A stretch of DNA of 64,000 bases, from NCBI GenBank assembly GCA_051362555.1, contig CM120640.1, positions 806,001 through 870,000 on the forward strand. The letters run 5' to 3'. Origin of the DNA: Lingula anatina (lineage: Eukaryota > Animalia > Brachiopoda). A program made the translations under genes and the position numbers. Positions 52,195-64,000 of the stretch are shown in pieces. Under the pieces are notes generated by a model. It ran no database searches and was not told where the DNA came from. It was given only the letters and a program-made list of their open reading frames with translations. Each line of letters opens with the position of its first letter. Position 1 is the stretch's first letter.

Positions 52195-54398
52195 ATGTAC
52201 AGACACAGATGTGTCTGTACATATTGCCATCACCTGCGTCTGTCGTCGCCGTCCCTGTCGCCGTCGATGTCGCCGTCGCCGTCGCCGTTGCCGTGCACTT
52301 TCATCGTTAACACGATAAGTGGAAGACAGTTTTACTTTTTGGCTTTATATTTACAGAGCTGATGAATATTCATAAAACGCAGGTCAAGTTCGAAAATCAG
52401 CATGTTTGGGCAATTATTGTAGTATTTATGCTGTGTTTTCACTTTTTAGCATATATGCAACACTGTTAACACATTTCAAGGAAAACCGATAGGCCTGTTG
52501 TCATGAAACTCACAGGAGTAATTAATCTTACTAAAACGCAGATCAAGTTCGAAAATCGGCATGATCGCGCCACTATTTTAGTAGTTATGCTGTTTTTTTC
52601 ACTTTTCAGCATATGTGCAACACTGTTAACACATTTCAAGGAAAACCGATAGACCTGTTGTCATGAAACTCACAGGAGTAATCAATCTTACTAAATGCAG
52701 GTCAAGTTCAAAAATCAGCATGATCGGGGCATTATTTTATAAGTTATGCTGTTTTTAAACATTTCCTCAGATTCAATACTTAGGCATGTTAACAGTCTCA
52801 TTATTTAACTAATAAGATTCGTAAAAGTGTTTGTTTGACATTTCCTGCATCTTTACAACATTGTTAGTTGATTATGTAAAAATGATGGTAAACTTGTTAT
52901 CATGTATTGTATAATAGAGTTTCAAAAATGGAAATAAACTCATATCATTGCAGTTTGTCAGATTCATTCATTCACTACGTTCAGAAACTCAGAATGGAGG
53001 AAATTGGACATTAAACACTGTTCTATTGATATTTTTCCCATCTCATCAATTTTCTTAGTTGATCATATATAAATGGCAGTAAATTGTTAATTTTGTTATG
53101 TGTTAAAAAATTGTTAAAAATGGAAAAAAAAAAACATTTCAGGACATTGCTGTCTTGTCTACATTTTGGCATTTTCAAGGTGTGACTTTGAAGTTCCTTT
53201 GGCCTGAAGACCTTTGCTAGGAACATTTTCTGAATATCCATGATACTAATATTTTATTATTAAAAATTGATGGTAATTATCCTGTTAAACATTATGTAAT
53301 AGTGCATCAAAATTTGAAGACACCCCTATTTTGGACACTGCTCCCATGATGACCATTTAAGGAAAACCATGTCACTTACTGTTCTCAAACTTACAAGAAG
53401 AAACATGGGACTTAAATAAAGCTTCAGTGGGCAATGCAGACTATTTGGTAATTTTTTTTGGCAGTTAATCAGCTTTTTGTGAAAATTTAATTTTTCACAT
53501 ATTGGCATTTTCAAGGTGTGACTTAGAACCTCCACGGGCTTGAAGACCCATGCTAGTCACATTTTCTGAAAATCCACGATACGGATCTTTTATTATTAAA
53601 AACTGATGGTCATTATGCTGTTAAGCATTATGTAATATTGCATTAAAATAGAAGAAAACACAATTTTGGGTGCTGCTGCCATGATGACCATTATGGGAAA
53701 ACCATGTTACTTATGAGTGTCAAACTTTCAAAAAAGAAACAAAGGACTAAAATGCAGCCTGAGTTGGAAAAGCAGTCTAATTGGCTTCTTTTTCTGGAAG
53801 TTATACATTTTAGTGAAATATTCATTTTTATCATGTTGGCATATTCATTGTGGGACTCGAAGCTCCCATGGACATGAAGCCAAATGGTAATCAAATTTTC
53901 TACATGTCCATGCTATTTGTAGTCAATAATCAAAAATTGGTGATAATTATTCTGTAATTTATTATGTAATGTTACATCAAAATTGACAAAAATCTTTTTG
54001 CACTGCTACTACAAACATTATGAAAAGAAAACTATGTTACTTATTATTATTATTTTCAACTTACAAGTACGATTTGTAGGATTGGCATGCAGTTCAAATT
54101 AGAAAGCCAGCTCAAATGGGTTATCATTTATTATTGAATTTAAGCAGTTTTATGTGAAATTTTCATTTTTCTCATTCTGGCATTTTCAAAGTGTGAACTT
54201 AAACTCCCATGGGCCTGAATCCTTACGCTTGTTACACATTTCACTTACATTGGTATTACCTGTTGAGCATAATTAAAATTTGATGTTGAATTTGCAGTTA
54301 AGCATAATGTACTTTTGCATCAGAATTGACAGTAGCCTGTTTTGTGCATTGTTATTGTCTGCTTTTTGTCTGTACATTTGACAGCTTTGCTGCCTTGT
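52195..54398 (+). mobile_element. HINE-A full-length copy, same subfamily as the 4914-9310 dimer
   Basis: Head, microsatellite, internal units and 3' end nearly identical to 4914-7111. Confidence 0.85.
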
Positions 54399-56921
54399 TA
54401 GATCTATGTTTGGGGAAGAGATCAGTGCCGATTTACCATTAAGACCTTTAAAAAGTTAGACATTAGACACATCAGCCTATTTAAAGCATGTTTGTATACA
54501 ACATGTGTCACTAGGGGGCATATTACTTCTGTAATAGATTATCAAATGGTCCTGCTTTACTAATGTTTCTATTAGAAGTGAATGTTTATGTACAGTATTG
54601 TTCTTGGTCATGTACGTGTTCTTGGTCATGGAGTTGACTTTTTTTTTTCTCATTACATTCAGGTTTAATGGCGACTTTGCTTGAATTTCATGTAGGATCA
54701 TTATTTCTTTCTTCTACAAGCCCCTTTCTCATTACAGGTATATACTAGTAGTTATATTCTTAAAATCTGACAATTATATGACTTTTGGCATTTTAATGCA
54801 AACAACTGTATCTAAGATCTATTAGTATTTAGGAAGTGAGAGTAAAATAGGTGAACTGAAGTATGATGAGGAACTTGCTGTAGATGAAAATGGTTTAACA
54901 GATCATGTGCAGAAAGCTGATGAAGGACTTCATGATGATGATCCACAGTATGGGGAGAAACATGCTGTAGATGAAAAAGCTGTGACAGGTTTTGAAAATA
55001 ATGCTGATGAAGGACTTTACTGATGAACCGATGGAAATGGATATTTCTAATTTTAAAGATACCAATAGATTGAGACATACTTACTGAATTAGAGATGAAA
55101 CAAAGTGTAGGTGAGGTGGTTAAAGTTGTAGAGAATGAAGACAAACAAGGTTTGGATACAGAAAGTGTTTGTGAGAACACAAAAGAATAGACAGGTGTAA
55201 AATGGGAATTTCACAGAGACAACAAAAAGGTGCAGAGAAAATTTACGGCAAAGAAACTAAAACAGACACTTCTTTTACACTGCAAATTAAGATATGATTT
55301 TTTTATTCACTTAAAGGATGATGCATCAGTCAGAGCTGTACTGTTGGCTCGGAAAAAGGAGATATATTGGATTTATTTACATGCACCACTCAGCTCAGTA
55401 TTTGATATTCTTGTTTCTATGTTTTAAGTAAAATTGCACCAAATGATTCATGACTTACATACTTGAAAATAATAAGATTAAAATGTGGTTATATACAGTT
55501 AAGGCTGAAAGTGAATTTTACAGAATATGTGACAATATGTTTTTTTTTATTAAAAATGGTAAATTTCCAACATGTAGGGAGATTTCCAAGATATGTGATA
55601 TGGAAGAAAGAATATAGTTTCATGATAGACCTGATTTTAAATTGTTTAATTGATGAGATTTTAAATGTACAGTCCATTAGAAAACTGTTCTTTAAACCAT
55701 CTGTATGATAACTGGACGTTTTTCTTTGTCAAAATATTCTGGAAACATAAATATTCAAATATAATTTCATTAAAGTAATGACATGTCTTTATGCAGCAAT
55801 GAAATGGATAATGAGCTGAATTAATTACAGTTGTGAGTTCAAGTAATGATATTTGATAGGATAATATTTTAATTTTTTTGTAGTTAAATAGTGACATAGA
55901 TATTTTGTATAAGTATATAGCCGTTAAATTTTTATCTTTGGGTATTCTGTGGAATCTTTATTTTAAAAAATTATGTAACCATTTTTTTTTTTTTTTTGTG
56001 GGAAAAGAAGGAATATGTTAATGTCCACTGAAGGCAAGTGATAAACTCATGTATTCATTTACATATTATGTTTATATAATCTGTCAGCATATTGTCATTA
56101 ATCTTTCTTCAGTCTTGAATGAATTTTGATCATTCTCTGTATAGGTATGCCTGCCATGGGGCAAAATGATATAACAAACGAGAGGTTCTACTTAATAGTT
56201 AAAACTATTGCATTGCAATTAGTATTTAAATCAGTTGCTGCCACTGAGGCATGCAGATAGGTTCCCTGTAGATAATGTGTATGAATGCTGAATGCTTGGA
56301 ATTAATATGTGAGGTTTTTGTTAATTTTCTCTCCCATGCATCAGTGACAAGTGAAATTTAAGAAGAACCTTAGTAGGGAGGAATGTGGACCCCTACATAT
56401 TGCATTACCTGATAGTTTATTGACTCTTTTATAACTTCCATTAGCAGGCAAATAAAGACATGACTAATACCCACTTATGTAAATTGTATTATGTGCGATT
56501 TAAATTATGGCTTTGTGTTTTCTGCTGTAATTAATTTCAGGTCATTGAAGATAATTTAAATGTTAAAAGCATTTCTTTTTACTATACAATCAATCGCTTA
56601 CAGATGCATGTTAAACGTATTTTTTGTGCAGTTTAATTGATGCCAATACATGTATATGAGATAATATATAAAACCTACATGCAACGTGCTGCAAATACCA
56701 TTTGTCGGCGTAATATTTTACAGACAACGGAACTTGTTCAGTAAGCTTGTAATTAAGGCACCTTCGATGCCTCGTTGCAATTCTTTATACGTCAGAAGTC
56801 ATGTCTTACAGATTTTGATCCTCGCATAACCTGCACATGCAATGCGTATTTTTGTATGTCACATTTTCCTATCATTAAATCAAATTCTGCCACAAAGTAT
56901 GTTAAATTACTTGTGATTTTT

Positions 56922-59900
56922 ATGTACAGACACAGATGTGTCTGTACATATTACCATCACCTGCGTCTGTCGTCGCCGTCGTCGCCGATGCCGATGCCGA
57001 TGCCGATGCCGATGGCAATGCCGTCGCCGTGCACTTTCACTGTAAACACGATAAGTGGAACACAGTTTTATTTTTTGGTTTTATATTTACAGAGCTGATG
57101 AATATTCATAAAACGCAGGTCAAGTTCGAAAATCAGCATGATCGGGCCATTATTGTAGAAGTTATGCTGTTTTATCACTTTTCAGCATATATGCAACCCT
57201 GTAAACACATTTTAAGGAAAACCGTTAGGCCTGTTGTCATGAAACTCACAAGAGTAATCAATCTTACTAAAACGCAGATCAACTTCGAAAATTGGCATGA
57301 TCGGGCCACTATTTTACTAGTTATGCTGTTTTTTCCTTTTTTTCAGCATATGTGCAACACTGTAAACACAATATAAGAAAAACCGATAGGCCAATTGCCA
57401 TTAAACTCACAGGAGTGGTCAATCTTACTAAAATGCAGGTCGAGTTCGAAAATCAGCATAATCGGGCCATTATTTTAGAAGTTATGCTGTTTTTTCACAT
57501 TTCCTCAGATTCAATTCTTAGGCATGTTAACAGTCTTATTATTTTACTAATAAGATACATAAAAGTGTTTGTTTGACATTTCCTGCATCTTTACAACATT
57601 GTTAGTTGATTATGTAAAAATGATGGTAAACTTGTTATCGTGTATTGTGTAATAAAGTGTCAAAAATGGAAATAAACTCATATCATTGCAGTTTGTAAGA
57701 TTCAATCATTCACTATGTTCAGAATCTCAGAATGGAGGAAATTGGACATTTAACACTATTCTATTGATATTTTTCCCATCTCATCAATTATCTTAGTTGA
57801 TCATATAAAAATTGCAGTAAACTGTTAATTTTGTTTTATGTTAAAAAAGTGTTAAAAATGGAAATAAACCCATGTCAGAACAGTGCTGTCTTGTTTCACA
57901 TTTCCTCAGATTCAATTCTTAGGCATGTTAACAGTCTCATTGTTTAACTAATAAGACATGTAAAAGTGTTTGGTTGACATTTTCTGCATCTTTACAACAT
58001 TATTAGTTGATTATGTAAAACTGATGGTAAACTTGTTATCGTGTATTGTGTAATAAAGTTTCAAAAATGGAAACAAACTCAAATCATTGCAGTTTGTCAG
58101 ATTCAATCATTCACTATGTTCAGAATCTCAGAATGGAGGAAATTGGACATTTATCACTGTTGTATTGATATTTTTCCCATCTCATCAATTTTCTTAGTTG
58201 ATCGTATAAAAATTGCAGTAAACTGTTCATTTTGTTTTATGTTAAAAAAGTGTTAAAAATGGAAATAAACCCATGTCAGAACAGTGCTGTCTTGTTTCAC
58301 ATTTCCTCAGATTCAATTCTTAGGCATGTTAACAGTCTCATTGTTTAACTAATAAGACATGTAAAAGTGTTTGGTTGACATTTTCTGCATCTTTACAACA
58401 TTATTAGTTGATTATGTAAAACTGATGGTAAACTTGTTATCGTGTATTGTGTAATAAAGTTTCAAAAATGGAAACAAACTCAAATCATTGCAGTTTGTCA
58501 GATTCAATCATTCACTATGTTCAGAATCTCAGAATGGAGGAAATTGGACATTTAACACTGTTGTATTGATATTTTTCCCATCTCATCAATTTTCTTAGTT
58601 GATCGTATAAAAATGGCAGTAACCTGTTAATTTTGTTTTATGTTTAAAAAATTGTTAAAAATGAAAAAAAAAAAACATTTCAGAACAGTGCTGTCTTGTT
58701 TACATTTTGGCATTTTCAAGTTGTGACTTTGAAGTTCCATGGGCCTGAAGACCTTTGCTAGTCACATTTTCTGAATATCCATGATGCTAATATTTTATTA
58801 TTAAAAATTGATGGTCATTATGCTGTTAAACATTATGTAATATTGCATCAAAATTTGAAAAAAATCTATTTTGGACACTGCTCCCATGATGAGCATTTAA
58901 GAAAAACCATGTCACTTACTGTTCTCAAACAGTACAGTAAATATGTACAGATGTGTCTGTACATATTGCCATCACCTGCATCTATCGTCGCCGTCACTGT
59001 CACTGGTGCCGTGCACTTTCATTGTAAACACGATAAGTGGAAGTCAATTTTACTTTTTGGCTGTATATTTACAGAGCTGATGAATATTCATAAAATGCAG
59101 GTCAAATTCGAAAATCAGCATGATCGGGCCATTATTGTAGAAGTTATGCTGTTTTTTCACTTTTCAGCATATATGCAACACTGTAAACACATTTCAAGGA
59201 AAACCGATAGGCCTGTTGTCATGAAACTCACAGGAGTAATCGATCTTACTAAAACGCAGATCAAGTTTGAAAATCGGCATGATCAGGCCACTATTTTAGT
59301 AGTTATGCTGTTTTTTCATTTTTCAGCATATATGCAACACTGTAAACACAATTTAAGAAAAACAGATGGGCCAATTGTCATGAAAGTCACAGGAGGGGTC
59401 AATTTTACTAAAATGCAGGTTAAGTTCGTAAATCAGCATAATCGTGCCATTATTTTAGAAGTTGTGCTGTTTTTTCACATTTCCTCAGATTCAATTCTTA
59501 GGCATGTTAACAGTCTCATTATTAAATTAATAAGATACGTAAAAGTGTTTGTTTGACATTTCCTGCATCTTTACAACATTGTTAGTTGATTATGTAAAAA
59601 TGATGGTAAACTTTTTATCGTGTATTGTGTAATAAAGTGTCAAAAATGGAAATAAACTCATATCATTGCAGTTTGTCAGATTCAATCATCCACTATGTTC
59701 AGAATCTCAGAATGGAGGAAATTGGACATTTAACACTGTTCTATTGATATTTTTCCAATATCATTAATTTTCTTAGTTGATCATATAAAAATGGCAGTAA
59801 ACTGTTCATTTTGTTTTATGTTAAAAAAGTGTTAAAAATGGAAATAAACCCATTTCAGAACAGTGCTGTCTTGTTAAAATTTGATGTTGAATTTGCAGTT

Positions 59901-59999
59901 TAACATTATGTACTTTTGCATCAGAATTGGCAGTAGCCTATTTTGTGCATAGTTATTTCCTGTTTTTTGTCTGTACATTTGACAGCTTTGCTGCCTTGT
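56922..59999 (+). mobile_element. HINE-A composite copy with ~400-bp internal triplication
   Basis: Head at 56922, repeated block starting ~57497, ~57897 and ~58298, internal second head at ~58944, 3' end at 59999. Confidence 0.8.
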
Positions 60000-61319
60000 T
60001 GTTCAAATATATTTACATAAATCCAGGAAACCCATTCCATACTAAACACCAGTTAGTATAAATATAATGATTTTGAGGGGGGTCAGACTTATTTGAGAAA
60101 CGTACCCAGTACCCCAAATATTTCCTTGATTCCCCTGGAAGCCAATATTATCATATTCTAAGGAAATAAACAGTTCAATGTTATATCAGTGTCTTTGTAT
60201 GTGCAGCTTAATTACTGCCATATTGTGGAAGAGTCACAATTTACAGTTTCACATATGTTGATAAAAATAATAATCCAGCATCCGACCAGAATATTACTTA
60301 TTGGCACACATTAAATCCGGTTGCAAAATTACATTTGGTTACATCGGACTCCAAGCATTACGTGCAGTTGTTATTTTAGAAGGATGCACTTTCCAAAAAA
60401 GGTACATCATTTAATTATTCTATATATACCATTTCACTATTGCGTTACGGTGGTATGTTCATGTTTTATGATTATTCTTTCTTAAATTTAAAAAACAATT
60501 CAATTTGATCATTTTACAAAATAGCAAGGATGGAAATGCAAAGAAGTTGATCGAAAAAAATTTAATCTAGTGTGAGTTTCATTTCAAAACTGTCCTTACT
60601 ATTGAAAATGATGAAAGATAATTCAACCAACTATATTTTGTCATTGGTTCCAAAGTGAATTTTGGTGCTACTGGTACATGCTACCACTTTAGCAACAACA
60701 TTTAGGTAACCATGGGTTTACATCTATGCGGTGGCCAATAACTCTTTTCCTTTACACTTTTGGTCTGTCCTAAACAATTCATTTTTGATCTACTTCTAAT
60801 ATCTAGAAAGGCATCATTTTGTGTTCAATAACAAGGGAAGTATTATCAAAAACAATAAAGCACTTTATTCAAACTAATGACCTATGAGGAAATGCACTTA
60901 CTAATATATCCATTTATATTCAGAGGAAAAATCACATATAGTATACAAAAAAAGGTTTCATATTTTAATGAAAAGACTTCAATACCCTCATCAGTTGGTC
61001 GCATAGAATAGAAAATGGTTTATTTGCAACGTTAAATATTTATATTAGCACCATGATAAGTGCCCAAAAAATTATTTTCATTGTCCCCAATTCTTAGTTT
61101 CTCTATATAACTTATTATAATTAATACTGTATGAGGAAAAATCTAAAACGAGGCTAATATACGGATATTGTAAGTGCGAGTGTTTGGCGTACCTGGCTGC
61201 TGTGAATTGTGTGCCATTCCTGGCTAAAGGCAAAGTTCCTTACATGCTTAAATTGACAGAAAGCTAAATAAATTTGCCACAACTTACTGGTAATTCAAAT
61301 CTGTGCGGAGGCCTTTATA

Positions 61320-61882
61320 GATACTTTTGTAGTATACCCCCCCACCACCCTGTAACTTCCTGAAACTTTCATTTTTCAAACATTTTTTTTACTTTGTCTT
61401 TTTCACCTATGTCAAAGCTGTTGAAATAAAATGTTTTTGTAATTACCTGTGGTCTTTTTATTAGTTTTAATCACGTTTAATCCACCCCATTGAAATACAA
61501 TGTGAAAATTTACAATGTACCTGCAGTCAATAACTTGCCGCGTTTTCGTTGGCTATCTCTACTTTATTTTATGTTAACATAGGATTGATACATTGTATAC
61601 TTGGACTTCCTCTGTGGAATTATTATGAGCATAAAATTACCCAAGAGTTAGCCAACGAAAACGCGACAAGTTATTGACTGCGGGTGTAAATTGAAGATTC
61701 TAACATTGTATTTCAATGGGCTGGATTAAACGTGATTAAAACTAATAAAAAGTCCACAGGTAATTACAAAAGCATTTTATTTCAACAGCTTTGACATAGA
61801 TGAACAAGAAAATGTAAAAAACTGTTTGAAAAGTGAAAGTTACAGAAAGTCACAGGGTGGGGGGGTATACTACAAAAGTACC
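61320..61882. mobile_element. Merlin-like MITE, second copy
   Basis: Same TIR (GATACTTTTGTAGTATACCC / GGGTATACTACAAAAGTACC) and body as 31407-31950; TSD not recognisable. Confidence 0.75.
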
Positions 61883-62207
61883 TTGTACAAAGATCTGAGT
61901 CAAAAAATGAACTTCCCGCTTTGGTAAATTTTCGATTTCAAACTCAATTTTAACACTAAATTAGGCTCTAGATCAACTCGTGGTGCATCTCACATTATTC
62001 AAAATTTATTTCTCAATACGACAATGTGCACAACGTAATAGCCAAGATATCACACCTTTTCTGACACCCTACCATTAGAGCCTGCGTCATCAAAACAAAC
62101 GGCAGCCATGCTGGAGGGAGACAGGAATCGTCTGCTGCGCATGAACAAGCCATGTCTGTAGTTCAGTTTTCGTTTTCTGTATTTTTTTTCATATTTAACC
62201 GAGCAAA

Positions 62208-62368
62208 ATGATGAATTACTGCAGGGTATTTGATCGAGAGAAGGTAACTTACTTTACAAGCGTTCACAGACTGCCTGCAGTGGTAAAAACCCATGGTGAA
62301 GGAACTAAAACCATAAACGGAGGAGAGACGGCGAGGTGGCTTTGAATCAAGACTCTTCGGAAAAGTAA
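62208..62368 (+). pseudogene. Decayed THAP-domain N-terminus (transposase remnant)
   Basis: MMNYCRVF-DREK...HRLPAVVKTHGEGTK, then in shifted frames TEERRR, WL and LNQD, a pattern recalled from transposon-borne THAP domains. Confidence 0.5.
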
Positions 62369-63039
62369 AGGATAAAACTAATTTATTTTATTGCAAAGAA
62401 TGAAGAGCCAACTGTGCAGATTTACCATAAAAGAAAAAACAGTAGAACACCAAAGACCTAGGTGTGTACGTTTGATATATTTAAAGTAGTGCCCAAAAAG
62501 TGTGGATGGAGAGTGTGTTAATTTGTTAAAACGTGTGGAAATACCCAGGCAGGGTTTCGACTTTTATAATGAAGACTCACCTATTGCCTTGGGTGTAATT
62601 TGTTATCAGTTACGGTGCTCTCTAGATTTTATCGGCTGTCACCTACCTCTTTTATACCTGGTTAGCATTATTCCCAATTAGTGTCAAGGCTATATTTGTA
62701 CTGTACACAGCTGAGCTGGGCCAATTAAATCAATTACCTGTATGAAGTGTATTTGGAAGTTAGTGGCTTAATTTTCGATTTGGTGTGGTGATAAGAGTAA
62801 TTTTATTTTGCAAGTAAATTCTACCTCAGGTGTAATTGACATATAACTTTAATAACCTCATGAAATAATTTTGCACTTTCCTCTGTAAAAATGTTAAATT
62901 CTGCTCCTTTCAACTGTAATGTTGCAAGTTATAATATGAATAAAAATCACTATTGTTATCTTTCTATTAATTTATGTATTTATGTAGGAAATTGATCAGG
63001 CATTTCCCACCAAGCCACACTGATAGGGTGCAAGTTAAT

Positions 63040-63072
<33 letters not shown>

Positions 63073-64000
63073 GGAAGCTTTTGATGACACACAAGGTAGA
63101 AGCAGCAAAAAATATTCCTAGATCTCTGTGACCAGCTGAGGAGACAGGATCTGAACATCAGGAGAGTGAAATCCAGTGCATGACAGGAGTTATTTAATTG
63201 AAGCGACACTCAGAACTCAGCATTTCATGTTCACTTTTATTCATACAAAATGTGCACTTTTCCTATATGTTTAAGCAAATGGTTGCAGAAATCAATTCAT
63301 GAACTGAATTATTATTTTACATTGGACATCATAAATACATGATTGTGAAAAATGCCTTGCTTCTGTGAATGACTGAATAATAATAAAATCCTAACAATGT
63401 TGCTTATATGAATGGTTGCATTCATGGTGAATATTAAACTCTCTCAAACAACAGTCTCATTACATGTGTCTAATGAACCAAAATGAAGTACAAGAATGCT
63501 GAAATAATTTAAAAAGTTGATGATGGTATAGAGCAAATGTTCTGCATACTTTACTTCTGTACTGTATAAACAATAGCATCTGAAAATCCCCAATATAGTT
63601 AGGCTTTACATTAAAAAAAGAGAACAACAAATACCTGATATTGCAGTTTTAAAGTAAATTTAAAATACATGAATTTTGTTCACTGAATACCTAGCAAAAT
63701 ATTCTCAATGCAAATGGTATATAAAATTTTATAAAATCAGTTTGATACAATACTTTTTATGACAGTAGATGTATTTTGAAAACTTATTTACAACACAACT
63801 CACCAGCTTTATTTTGATACAAAGGACACGTCTTTTTCATCATTGACATAGTTTCTATTGCTACATTGATATCAAGTGTATAGTCCCATGGCAAATTCCC
63901 ATTCTCTAACACCCCATTTCCATAGATTAGATCGACCTACTTTAGATCGACCTAACTCTCTGGGGGTTCATGCTAAATAGCTGTCAGCCGGGCAGACACG

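Noticed and set aside
58843-59556. Recurrent ORF family MCLYILPSPASVV...HDKWKAVLLFGFIFTELMNIHK (up to 237 aa, many copies)
   Set aside because: Translation of the HINE-A head and ~159-160-bp units; copies frameshift and stop at varying places and show no recognisable domain

Overview
AT-rich eukaryotic (metazoan, probably marine-invertebrate) genomic DNA, not prokaryotic. The only host gene visible is part of a + strand multi-fibronectin-type-III (FN3) gene: eight phase-1/phase-1 exons between 3030 and 51830. Most of the window is transposon-derived. The 29.3-kb intron 3315-32613 holds a decayed piggyBac (3850-28685) and a nearly intact hAT element with a 5-bp TSD (28712-32554). The piggyBac transposase N-terminus is split by a 10.4-kb element (4204-14641) with ~235-bp TIRs, no evident TSD and a PHD-finger exon. 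A DINE-1/HINE-like (non-autonomous Helentron) family dominates, forming an apparently exact head-to-tail dimer and multi-level self-nested clusters. Also present: two other HINE-like families, two CCCAG-ended elements with 2-bp TSDs, Harbinger-like and Merlin-like MITEs, a tRNA-headed SINE and a decayed THAP ORF. All calls are by eye; no database search was run.
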